Assembly (NCBI GenBank): GCA_032718475.1
Contig: JAUCBJ010007004.1
Location: 1-64,000, forward strand
From: Nemertoderma westbladi
Taxonomy: Eukaryota > Animalia > Xenacoelomorpha
DNA: 64,000 nt
Direction of reading: 5' to 3'
A program made the translations under genes and the position numbers. Below, piece after piece: positions 46,929 through 59,400 of the stretch (its first letter is position 1; each line of letters begins with the position of its first letter). The notes beneath the pieces were generated by a model. It was not told the origin of the DNA. It saw only the letters and a list, made by a program, of their open reading frames with translations, and did not search any database.

Positions 46929-49900
46929 CTGAGGTTACTTGTAAGAGAGAAGATCTTAAGATAGCCTACAAAGTTAAAACCGAACAACCAACAAGGTTGT
47001 TCGGTTAAAAACATTAACAAGGTTGAGAAAGCTAAGGACTATCTTAAATTGGCCTACAACATCAGACAGGAAAAGTACATACAGGATAAAATTGAAGCAA
47101 TTACAACTGCTCACATACAGCAACAATCAAGACTTACCTGGCAAACTGTGAATGAGAAATCTGGTCGGAAAAGTTGTGCAAAGGGGCGCCTCAAAGCCGA
47201 TAGTCCCGAAGAACGTGTGGGGAAGTGGAAAAATCACTTCAGCAACTTGCTTGGGCAGCCACCAAACATCGAGGTCAGCCCTACAAGGAAAATATCTATA
47301 GAGACAGGGGACTTCACACCTGCCGAACCCCAAAGAAGCATTAAAAGCATGTCCAATAATAAAGCGAGTGGATTAGATGAAATTCCAGCGGAGGTATGGA
47401 AAACAGGAGTGCTAAACAGACCATTATTGAATGTTTGCAACCGGATGTTAAAAGGGGAAAAGCCTCCACCAATTTGGACTAAAGGTCAACTAAAGCCTCT
47501 CCCCAAAAAAGGAGACCTCGGTATACCAACAAACTATCGTGGGATCTGTCTGCTTGTGGTAGCTGCCAAAATATACAATAAAATGATTCTATATAGGATT
47601 AGGCCTCACATAGAGAAACTGCTGCGTAAGAGCCAAAACGGATTTTGACCAAATAGATCAACAATAGTTCAGATACTTGCACTACGGAGACTGATTGAAG
47701 GAATTAAGTCAAATAATCTCCCAGCAATCATGACTTTTGTTGACTTCAATAAGGCATTCGACTCCATCCATAGAGGTAAAATGCTTGAAATCCTAAGAGA
47801 TTATGGAATACCAGAAGTAATTGTGGCTGGCATTGGATTGTTATATTGTGACACAGAAACACAGGTACTCTCACCAGATGGTGAAACAGGGTTTTTCTCA
47901 ATTCTGGCTGGCGTACTGCAAGGTGACACATTAGCACCATTACTATTTGTAATTGTGCTGGATTACGCAATGAGGACGGCCACAAAGGGTGAAAATCTGG
48001 GATTCACACTTCAAGAACGCAGAAGTAGTAGATATCCGGCAACTACAATCACAGACACCGACTTTGCGGATGACATCGCCCTGCTCTCTAATACGCTAGC
48101 AGATACACAACTCATGTCCTTCTCATCATGACTTATAAGTGTAGATGGAAACTTGACAACCAGTGATAATAATCAACTAAGGAAGGTTGACGACTTCCAG
48201 TACCTTGGATCATGGCATAGAGAGTAGCAAAAATGACATAGAAGTTAAGAAAGCAAAGGCTTGGGTAGCTCTATCAAAAATGGATACCATCTGGAAATCA
48301 GATCTCCCCAGGCACCTGAAGACTAAGTTCTTTCGAGCCACAGTGGAAAGTGTATTTTTATACGGGGGTGAGACCTGGACACTGACTAAATCACTTGAAC
48401 AACGAATTGATGGTTGCTACACAAGACTACTAAGGGCAGCCCTAAACATCAGCTGAAAACAACATATGACAAATGCCGAGCTTTATGGTACAATACCACC
48501 TGTATCAACCACCCTCCATAAACGCAGATTAAGATTCAGTGTGCACTGCTGGTGAAGTAAAGACGAGGTCATACCAGATCTACTTTTCTGGCAACCAACT
48601 CATAGAAAGCGTAGTCGTGGACGACCGGCCATAACATATATAGATCAACTTGAAAGGGATACTGAACTTGAGAGAATCGCGACGAGAAATTGCGACAACT
48701 ATGGAGAATCGGGAAGCCTGGAAGGATCTCAATTCCACTGTCCGAGTTCGCTCGACTTAGTAGTAGTATTCGTTATTCAAGTCAGTGTCCAGGTCTCACC
48801 CCCGTATAAAAATACAATTTCCACTGTGGCTCGAAATAACTTAAGATCTGATTTCCAGATGGTTTCCATTTTTGATAGAGCTACCCAAGCCTTTGCTTTC
48901 CTAACTTCTATGTCCTTTTTGCTACTCTCTATCCATGATCCCAGGTACTGGAAGTCGTCAACCTTCCTTAGTTGATTATTATCAATGGTTGTCAAGTTTC
49001 CATCAACATTAAAAGTCATGAATTCGGTCTTGGTAGCATTTATATACAATCCAACCTCATGAGCAGCCCTCTCCACTTTATTCAGTAGAAGTTGTGTATC
49101 TGCTAGCGTATTAGAGAGCAGGGCGATGTCATCCGCAAAGTCGGTGTCTGTGATTGTAGTTGCCGGATATCTACTACATACTTCTGCGTTCTTGAAGTGT
49201 GAATCCCAGATTTTCACCCTTTGTGGCCGTCCTCATTGCGTAATCCAGCACAATTACAAATAGTAATGGTGCTAATGTGTCACCTTGCAGTACGCCAGCC
49301 AGAATTGATAAAAACCCAGTTTCACCATCTGGTGAGAGTACCTGTGCTTCTGTGTCACAATATAACAATCCAATGCCAGCAACAATTACTTCTGGTATTC
49401 CATAATCTCTTAGGATTTCAACCAATTTACCTCTATGGATGGAGTCGAATGCCTTATTGAAGTCCACAAAAGTCATGACTGCGGGGAGATTATTTAACTT
49501 AATTCCTTCAATCAGTCTCCGTAGTGCAAGTATCTGAACTATTGTTGATCTATTTGGTCAAAATCCGTTTTGGCTCTTACGCAGTAGTTTCTCTATGTGA
49601 GGCCTAATCCTATATAGAATCATTTTATTGTATATTTTGGCAGCTACCACAATCAGACAGATCTCACGATAGTTTGTTGGTATACCGAAGTCTCCTTTCT
49701 TGGGGAGAGGCTTTAGTTGACCTTTAGTCCAAATTGGTGGTGGCTTTTCCCCTTTTAACATCCGGTTGCAAACATTCAATAATGGTCTGTTTAGCACTCC
49801 GGTTTTCCATACCTCCGCTGGGATTTCATCTAATCCACTCGCTTTATTATTGGACATGCTTTTAATGCTTTTTTGTAGTTCAGAAGGTGTGAAGTCCCCT

Positions 49901-50683
49901 GTTTCTATAGGTAGTGTCTTGTCATATATTTTCCTTGTAGGGCTGACCTCGATGTTGGGTGGCTGCCCAAGCAACTATTTGTCTGTGCCATCTGTGTGGT
50001 CTGGTTGGTTAATCACTTCTGGCACGAAGGAAGCACACCACTGAGCTAAAACTTTCATTACGGGGGTTTACGGGGTAGCTGATTTGATTTCCGTTGCCAG
50101 TTTTACGGTTTGATGGAATCTAGTCTCTCTGTCGGTTGTCTGTCTTTCTTACAATTTGACGGACAGAACGTCATACGGAAAACAGCGATAACTCGAGAAC
50201 TAAAAGAGGTCTCGCTAAGCGGTTTTCAGATTTGAAATCCACATTAAAATTCTGCTATCGATTAAATAAAAAACAAATATTTGAAACTTTCACATTGATG
50301 GGGGGGGGGGGTGTGTACTCCCCCGTAAGGCCGTAACTGTACCCCAAATGCAATCCCCACCACATCAAGGGAAAGTGTACTGTAAAGCACATGCTGTGTA
50401 GGCCTACTGTATAAACAACATACATACACTACATATGCTTAAATAATATACAATACAATGTTAATTCAAAGTCCACTTTCAATTAGCTACTGTAGCACAC
50501 ACACCGTACATTAATTACAAGTAATTTATTGAGCCAGATGGGGTAAACAGTTAGTTGATTTGGTAATCATTGTACCTCTATCACTAGCCTACTGTTCCAT
50601 TCATTATGTGCTGTGGGTGTGGGGCTCATCTTGGGAGAATTGATATTTTACTCCAATCTACAATCTAATATTTTTTCAACAGA

Positions 50684-52355
50684 ACATACATGACTGTAAC
50701 ATGAAACATACATGACTGTAACATACATGACTGTAACATACATGACTGTAACATACATGACTGTAACATACATGACTGTAACATACATGACTGTAACATA
50801 CATGACTGTAACATACATGACTGTAACATTCATATGTGATAATTGAATGTACCGACATACTGACTAACAGGGGGTTGTGATGTATATATTAACTTTAAGG
50901 TAAACACTAGAGTCTTACACCCTTTAACTACAAAAAAAAACTTTTGTTTGTGTTTTTTGTTTGTTTTGTTTTGTGTTCCTTGATGGCCTTAGGGTCTGGA
51001 AGGTATTTTGGGCTTAATGTCCTGATTCTATATTTTTTTTGTAGTTAAAGGTTGTAAGACTCTAGTGTTTACCTTAAAGTTAATGTAACATTCATGACTG
51101 TAACATACATGACTGTAACATACATGACTGTAACATTCATGACTGTAACATTCATGACTGTAACATACATCACTGTAACATACATGACTGTAACATGAAA
51201 CATACATGACTGTAACATGAAACATACATGACTGTAACATGAAACATACATGACTGTAACATGAAACATACATGACTGTAACATGAAACATACATGACTG
51301 TAACATACATGACTGTAACATACATGACTGTAACATACATGACTGTTACATACATGACTGTAACATACATGACTGTAACATACATGACTGTAACATGAAA
51401 CATACATGACTGTAACATACATGACTGTAACATGAAACATACATGACTGTAACATACATGACTGTAACATACATGACTGTAACATGAAACATACATGACT
51501 GTAACATACATGACTGTAACATACATGACTGTAACATGAAACATACATGACTGTAACATACATGACTGTAACATACATGACTGTAACATACATGACTGTA
51601 ACATGAAACATACATGACTGTAACATACATGACTGTAACATACATGACTGTAACATGAAACATACATGACTGTAACATGAAACATACATGACTGTAACAT
51701 ACATGACTGTAACATACATGACTGTAACATGAAACATACATGACTGTAACATACATGACTGTAACATACATGACTGTAACATGAAACATACATGACTGTA
51801 ACATGAAACATACATGACTGTAACATGAAACATACATGACTGTAACATGAAACATACATGACTGTAACATGAAACATACATGACTGTAACATGAAACATA
51901 CATGACTGTAACATACATGACTGTAACATACATGACTGTAACATGAAACATACATGACTGTAACATACATGACTGTAACATACATGACTGTAACATGAAA
52001 CATACATGACTGTAACATGAAACATACATGACTGTAACATACATGACTGTAACATACATGACTGTAACATGAAACATACATGACTGTAACATACATGACT
52101 GTAACATACATGACTGTAACATGAAACATACATGACTGTAACATGAAACATACATGACTGTAACATACATGACTGTAACATACATGACTGTAACATGAAA
52201 CATACATGACTGTAACATACATGACTGTAACATACATGACTGTAACATGAAACATACATGACTGTAACATGAAACATACATGACTGTAACATGAAACATA
52301 CATGACTGTAACATGAAACATACATGACTGTAACATGAAACATACATGACTGTAA
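50684..52355. repeat. Satellite of 15-bp (CATACATGACTGTAA) and 22-bp (+CATGAAA) units, interrupted at about 50830-51084
   Basis: Direct reading; explains the repetitive ORFs in all three - frames. Confidence 0.97.
50889..51083. mobile_element. TTAA-flanked MITE (Kolobok- or piggyBac-like), ~50-bp TIRs
   Basis: ttaactttaaggtaaacactagagtcttaca... and its reverse complement ...tgtaagactctagtgtttaccttaaagttaa. Confidence 0.75.
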
Positions 52356-53496
52356 CTGTAACTGGATCATATTTATCGCTGTTACACCCCGATAGGTGAC
52401 CAGGTGAATATCATGTCCGTCAGTATCACGACATTCCATTGAATTCCTGAACGACCAAAGAGCTCGTCTGACTGAAAGGGCCATATGCTATAAGCAAATA
52501 CAATAGAAAGAAAATTCGTTCATATACGATTTAGAATTAGTTATTGAGCCAGACCGCCAGATAGGGTGATATGGTAATAGATCAGCAATAGGTTGATAGA
52601 TAATTAGGTAATGTTTATATAGCTATCACTACTGTAGCTCTAGTGGGGACTGCAGCAACAAACAAGAATTAGAATTATATAAATTATTGACTGAAACAAC
52701 TATCAGCGGAGGTCATCAACCCCTAACATACAGCTGTTTAATTCATAACCGATAATCCCTTGACGATCCACAAATTTGGTTTAGTCTGCGATCTACGTAT
52801 TTTCGGCCTGTAGCTACTAGATCCATCAGCTGTAGTTATCAATTCAATCGAGACAGGGGGGGGGGGGGGAATCTCGACGAAAAACCCGCCTTGGCGAATT
52901 AATATCCCGCCTCAATGTTAAATTCTCAATTTAGTGGTACAGTGGTACAGTGGCTTTAGGTTACAGTGGTACGTTATTTTAACCCAAAACAATAAACTAA
53001 ACACAATAGAACACGTTACAGTTTTATTTTTGAGAGTAATCATCTGTTATTTGCGTCCATTTTTCCCTGGAGAGGAATGACTTTTTATTGCGTCCAGTCC
53101 CCCCCCCCCCCCCCCCCCCCCCCCCTATCTGATTTAATCAGATTTGATGACAAAATTATAACTTTTGACTTAATGAATATCATAAATGATTTATAAGGGA
53201 AACAAACATACAGTAGTTAATGAAATGAAAATTATGGCACAATTATTGCACAAAAAAGCTCAAAAGGAAATTTAAGTTAACACTCTATATTACGACCATT
53301 ATATTTCTTACTGAGAATCTAGTTAGAGGAGGAGAAGAGGACACATCAAAAGAAACACAGGATGCTATTAAATATATCGATTGAAGCTTTATAGTTTTAT
53401 TTTTTAGTAAATAAAAGAATGACCAGTGTTTATTCATATATGTAGTTGTTAGCAGTTACAGAGTAACCAGACATCTCTACCGGGTCCCAGAACACT

Positions 53497-56400
53497 CTAG
53501 TAGATTCCGTTTGCCGACTCTGTTCTACTCGGTCCACGGTCCAATGTTTGGTCTGGCGAGGGAACTATGAGATCAAACTCTTCCATTTCCTGACCATAAA
53601 CTCGTTCAATTCTATAAAACAATAAACACGAAACAGCCACTTAAGCCGAAATCAAATATAATTCTATCACATCAAAAACGGTGAAGAAAGACAATAAAAT
53701 TATGGAAAATACATAAAATATTTAAAAAAAAATTCCGTCAAATATAAAGATAATTAGAAATACATTTTTCCACAATCAAACATTGGGTTTTTGGGACAGT
53801 AGGTAGAGGTACCCTAATCTATATGAAATAAATACCATGAAAAAGACAATATAAACTACTGAACATAGAACTTATGAGTAAAGTATCACTTTATTGTGCT
53901 TATCATGGTTGGTTGTTTGTTACGAAAGTTAGTGGTGAGTGAAAAGTGCAGCAAAGCTGAGTGATCCGAACACAAATAATTAAATAGTAACAATATACAG
54001 TAGATAAAGATAAGTAGCTGAGATAGTAACACCGTAGTTGACGGTGGCTATGAAACTAGAGCCTTATAGTGAAGTTATAATGATTTATTTTCGTATCTTC
54101 AATTAATTGCACAATGATAAATATATATCATGTAAGGAGATAATAATTATCATTTTTAATAGTAGGTTCGGATCCCGAAAAGGGGCAGAGTCCTCTCGTG
54201 TTGACCCCACGTGTTGTGTTACTATGGTAACAACTAATCATATTTGCGATGACAAGTAAAGAAAGAACCAAAAATTTGCGGGAATTTAAAATTATGTGTT
54301 TTTCAAGATTGCCTGTTCAAGTTTTTTACCACTTAATATGGATTCACATTAACTCAACACATTCACATGCACAGTACATTTCAACATCATGACTTAGCCC
54401 GATCAGTTAAGGTGGTTTCTCAATTTGTTCCGATCTTACCGTATAAAGATATTTGTTTGTATTAGCCAATGATCATTGGTTCACGGCGTATTTCACACTG
54501 AAATTAAAATAAATTATAAATAATGTATTAGACTAACGCGTCCACCAGTTTGTATACTTTGTCGGGGAATTCTTCCACACGCTCCTTCAGTTCTTCTGTA
54601 GTAAAATTTCCGGAGTCTTTCTTAACCTTTGGAAATATCCTTCGTGGGCGAACCATTGAGACAAACTTGCCAAATCGATTCATAATGAAATTAACTATAT
54701 TGTACTCGTTAATAACCGGGTTGCCTTTCACCTTTTGGGTATAAATAATAACAATAACAGTTGGATTTAATAATGAAAGAAAAGTAACGAACTGCAAATC
54801 TGAACAATGAAGATGTATTTAGTGCAGCAATAATCAATGTGGAAAATATCCCACCCTAAGATTCGAAGTTTGAATCTAAAATTCTGAAAGCCCCTTAGCA
54901 TCCTTAAACATAAAAAAACACAAATTTCTGAATTTTTTATCGCATTTATGGAGAAACAAACATGAGCTTAGATATTACAAAATATTATATCGTTTAGAGG
55001 GTAAAAATGGTACCGGTATTAAACTTACCACGCTAATACTCTCGTTAAGGATAGCAACAAATAAGTTGATGACAATAACGTTCATTGTGAATGTGTAGAG
55101 CAAGAAGAATGTTCTACCGATATCCGGGGTAACGTAAGCCATTTCATTGAATTCAAATTTACCTGCAAATTAAATTAATTTACAACTTCCAGTTTCAGAC
55201 ACACCAAGTGAGTTAAGGAAATACAGGCTAGCTGTTATTAAGGAAAGCCACACGATGACTGTGTACTGCTCTTACCATCAGGTACGGTGCTGAGGAAGAA
55301 GGACTGGCTCTTACCAAGTAGGGTGCTGAGGAAGATGGACTGGCTCTTACCAAGTAGGGTGCTGAGGAAGATGGACTGGCTCTTACCAAGTAGGGTGCTG
55401 AGGAAGATGGACTGGCTCTTACCAAGTAGGGTGCTGAGGAAGATGGACTGGCTCTTACCAAGTAGGGTGCTGAGGAAGATGAACTGGCTCTTACCAAGTA
55501 GGGTGCTGAGGAAGATGGACTGGCTCTTACCAAGTAGGGTGCTGAGGAAGATGAACTGGCTCTTACCAAGTAGGGTGCTGAGGAAGATGAACTGGCTCTT
55601 ACCAAGTAGGGTGCTGAGGAAGATGAACTGGCTCTTACCAAGTAGGGTGCTGAGGAAGATGGACTGGCTCTTACCAAGTAGGGTGCTGAGGAAGATGAAC
55701 TGGCTCTTACCAAGTAGGGTGCTGAGGAAGAAGGACTAGTTCTTACCAAGTAAATTGATAATAAGGCTCCGTAATGGCCCATACCAAATGGGGGCTAAGA
55801 GTATTTTCACTTACCGAGTAAGGTGCTAAGAACACTATGTATTTGCTCTTACCAAGTAGAGGTGCTAGAGGAAAGACTCTTTTATTCGTTCCTACCAAGT
55901 AAGGTGCTAAGAAGACTGTACATTTGCTCTTACCAAGTAAGGTGCTTAGAAGGCTTTGGGCGCAGGCTGGTATTGTGTGGAACCGCAGAAGACGCCCCAT
56001 GAACAACAGGTAGGCAACGGCCCAGAATCCAGCGAATATGATAAAGAACCACAAAGCAAAACCGACTGCCTCGTGACTCACATGGGATAAAGTTCGAGAC
56101 AACATGGTAATACGGGCGTTGAACTGAACAAAAAAACAACAGACAAGAAGTAAATAAAATTACAAACAAATTTATTACCAAATATTAGGTGTGCAAAAGT
56201 GTCGTAAATATAAAGTTACTGAGGCAACTGAATGATTTCTTCATAACCACCACCCAATGTTGAGCTCTCTGAGTCTCACGGTAGTGTCAAAATAATATAA
56301 AGCATGCCATGTGATCTAGGGTAGTAGACTTGTCGTGAGTTGTTTGAGCATAGATGACAAGCGGAGTTTGTTGTTAACCCGTATATTTACGGACAAAGGG

Positions 56401-59400
56401 GTTCAAATAGTTCTTGATCTTAGGGAAAAACTCCGCAGGTTTCGTTTTTAACTTCCGCATAATATTGTTAATAAGGGAAGCAGGACAATTCGGTCCCGGA
56501 CAATTCGGTCCCGGACAATTCGGTCCTAGGACAATTCGGTCCCGGACAATACGGTCCCGGACAATTCGGTCCCATTTTTTAGTGTTTTGGAACCGAATTG
56601 TCCGGGACCGAATTGTCCGGGACCGAATTGTCCTACATCCGTTAATAAGCAGTATAATAGTAAATAAATAATAGTAAATTGGCGTAGAAGCTTGAAAATC
56701 CAATAATATAGAGTTAATTGTATTTTATTTATTTATCGAGCACGTTAAGTAAAAACCTTACCGGTAGGTATGTCAGTGCCAAAGTATGTAAAAAACTAAA
56801 AAGCAACAAGACCTAGACGTTGCATGCAATCAGTGATCAGCTGACAGCAGCCAGCTGATCGGTATGTTTCGCTACTACCGGTAAGGTTTTTACTTAACGT
56901 GCTTGATAAATAAATTAAATACAATTAACTCTTTATAATAGTAAATATAATGCAGATAGATAACTAGCTAATGCCCCAAGGCCAGGCTTGTGCGGGGCAG
57001 TGGCACCACACAGGTTGAAAAATATAAGTCAATCTTTCTTCGTAATAATTATGGACATGGATGCGATTACTGCAGCAATGAATCAACAATTAAAGTACAA
57101 AGGGCTTGCATTGGGGCAGCTAACATGGTTAATGTATGTGCTAACTTATGTAAGCTCTAATTAGCTGTTGCCTGGCTATTCATCTCATTAAGTAGCAGCA
57201 GTGATATGTTACTAATCGATGTACTTAGCTTTCCCTTAACAAGACTCTGCTACTTACAATATTAGGGGTTCACCTAGTGATTAACACCTGTACATCTCTA
57301 TACACAATGGATAAACAATATAATACACTGTATGACAATATTATAGATTGCGCAACACGTGATTACGTCTGATTGGTCGCGAGGCCCTATTACTACCTTG
57401 ACTTTGTTAGGTAGTAATCCCATTTCAAGTTAGTACTAATACACAGCGATTTCTATTTTCCAGATGTTATTAATGTCTTCCTTGGAATAAAAAGTGTTCA
57501 GTACGTAACACCATAGAAAAACCTCTGGGAAGAGGGAAAAAGAGAAACCGGGTGAGGGGTGCTTTGGGTCCGTTAGGATCCAAAATATAGCCTCGAAAAA
57601 TAATACAATCAAAAATAATAGTAACCAAAATGTAGTACATAAAATAGAAAATTTTAGTCGTTTCTTATGCTAAAATACTTAACAGAGAAAAATAGTGGTG
57701 AAAAATCGTAATAAACTTGATGCGTCTCCATGCTATTGGAAACTTGGCAATAGGACTTTCTGTGTCAAAACGGGGTGGGACCGATTTGACGCAGGGCAGG
57801 AAGTTAGCTGCTACTTTGACCTACGACTCAGAGGTTTGACCAAAGGTCGCTCCAATGAGCCTACACGGGCCGAGTACGCAAGCACTAGAGGGCTGGTTGG
57901 CCAAAAGCTCTGTTCGCAGCGGGAACTACCCACGCTCCTAAACCCCAGCTTCGCGAGCTAAAGTAGGCGAAGTAAAGGTGAGCCCCTTGCTAAGAATGGT
58001 GGTCTTTCCTTAGCAAGGATCTGTTAAATACACGTCAAGTTATGATTAATATTGGTGGTTGAAGGTAATTGTGAAGGGCGAGGGACGTTAGGATATTGGA
58101 TGGCAATGATAGGAGGTTTGAATTAAGGGGTGTGGATGGGGATAATATTGGAATAATTAATTATACTATATTTAAATTAGTATCACCACGAGGGAGTGTG
58201 TTTCTATATAGTGCTTCCTATGAAGGCGTGAAAAATCTACTACAAGGATAATCCCGTAACAAAGCATTAAAGTATATAAGGGGCTCCCCGTCCCAACCAA
58301 TCAGGATTGTTCGCTGAGTTGGCTTGTAGTTATGATACACGAAGGCCACAGACCTGTTAATAGCGGCATGCGGTGAGCGGTGGTGCAAATCAACGCTATC
58401 GATTATTAACAGCAGTTAAAAAAATAAATATTTAAAATCCGGTCCTCCCTCTTGAGTTAATGACCCCCCCCCCCCCCCCCCATGTCTATCCTGCATTGCT
58501 CTATCTCTGTCGAACTTATTACTAACTTATAAATCCGGTTTCAATGATGTTACCGATATTATTATTTATTTTATTACAATTAATAAATAATTACTAACCC
58601 TTAAAATAACAAGAAACTTTAGTGTTGAGAAGAAGGCAGTGAATCCGAGCATTGTGAGGAAGGATTCGTGTACGAAACCGACGAAAGTGAGATTTAGCGA
58701 GTCGCGGCCGCCGGATTTAACGATTTTATCGAGTCGGGACTCGGTTATTTGGTACCGGTAGAAAAACATTCCAATAGAAGCTGAAATACACATATATTTC
58801 AGGTAATAATCAATAATTAGTCTTCAATAAAAGTTGTTGCGGAAACTCAAAAATGGAAAGTGTCATCTAATTATGATTTACTGATAGTATCACTACATAA
58901 GAAATAACTTTATTTCTGTAAGTGTAAATATTAACAATTACAAGTAAATTAATAACCTAATAATTAATAAGATTTATTGTTCATTCAAATAATTGCTTTA
59001 ACCTTTAAATGACTTTTTGTCCTGAGGTCCCTTTCTATTCACATTAATTATCACTTTTTAATGTAATTTTTTATCATAAAAAATAATATAACTGTAACCT
59101 GTTCTATTTAATTTCGTTTATTGTTTGGGTTAGAATAACGGTTATTATAATTTTTGCTTTGCTTTTTAGTGATAATTCATATATTTTAGTGATAATTGAT
59201 ATATTATTTTAGTGTAAACTTAATATTTTAATAATTTTCCTACTAAATGACTATATTTTAGTAGGTGGATGACTGGTGGTGGACCTACCCAAGGATGTTA
59301 CAATGATCAACATGTCCAGGTAGTTAGCAACGTGTCTGAAATAATCTCTCTTATCTTCCGATAGTTTAATGGCCTCCCGAATAATTATAATCAGCGTCAG

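Larger units (their letters stand above)
40914..48767 (+). mobile_element. Near full-length family B RTE/RTEX-like LINE (APE endonuclease + RT, decayed); pieces 40914-42470 and 46940-48767
   Basis: APE motifs IATINARTL, IQEHR, CYSPTN and AGDLNA; RT; (TAG)n tail; TSD ATTCGTTATTC at 40903-40913 and 48768-48778. Confidence 0.9.
40551..49974 (-). mobile_element. Outer family B LINE, 5'-truncated; pieces 49974-48779 and 40913-40551
   Basis: RT motifs FVDFNKAFDS, GVLQGDTLAP and DFADD; the pieces are contiguous after the inner insertion is removed. Confidence 0.88.

Noticed and set aside
51028-52484. Long ORFs of 333-471 aa (MLQSC/YVTVM repeats)
   Set aside because: They are artifacts of a stop-free 15/22-bp satellite.
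55228-55782. Regular 36-bp repeat resembling a CRISPR array, and its ORFs
   Set aside because: There are no unique spacers and no cas genes; it is a eukaryotic intronic minisatellite.
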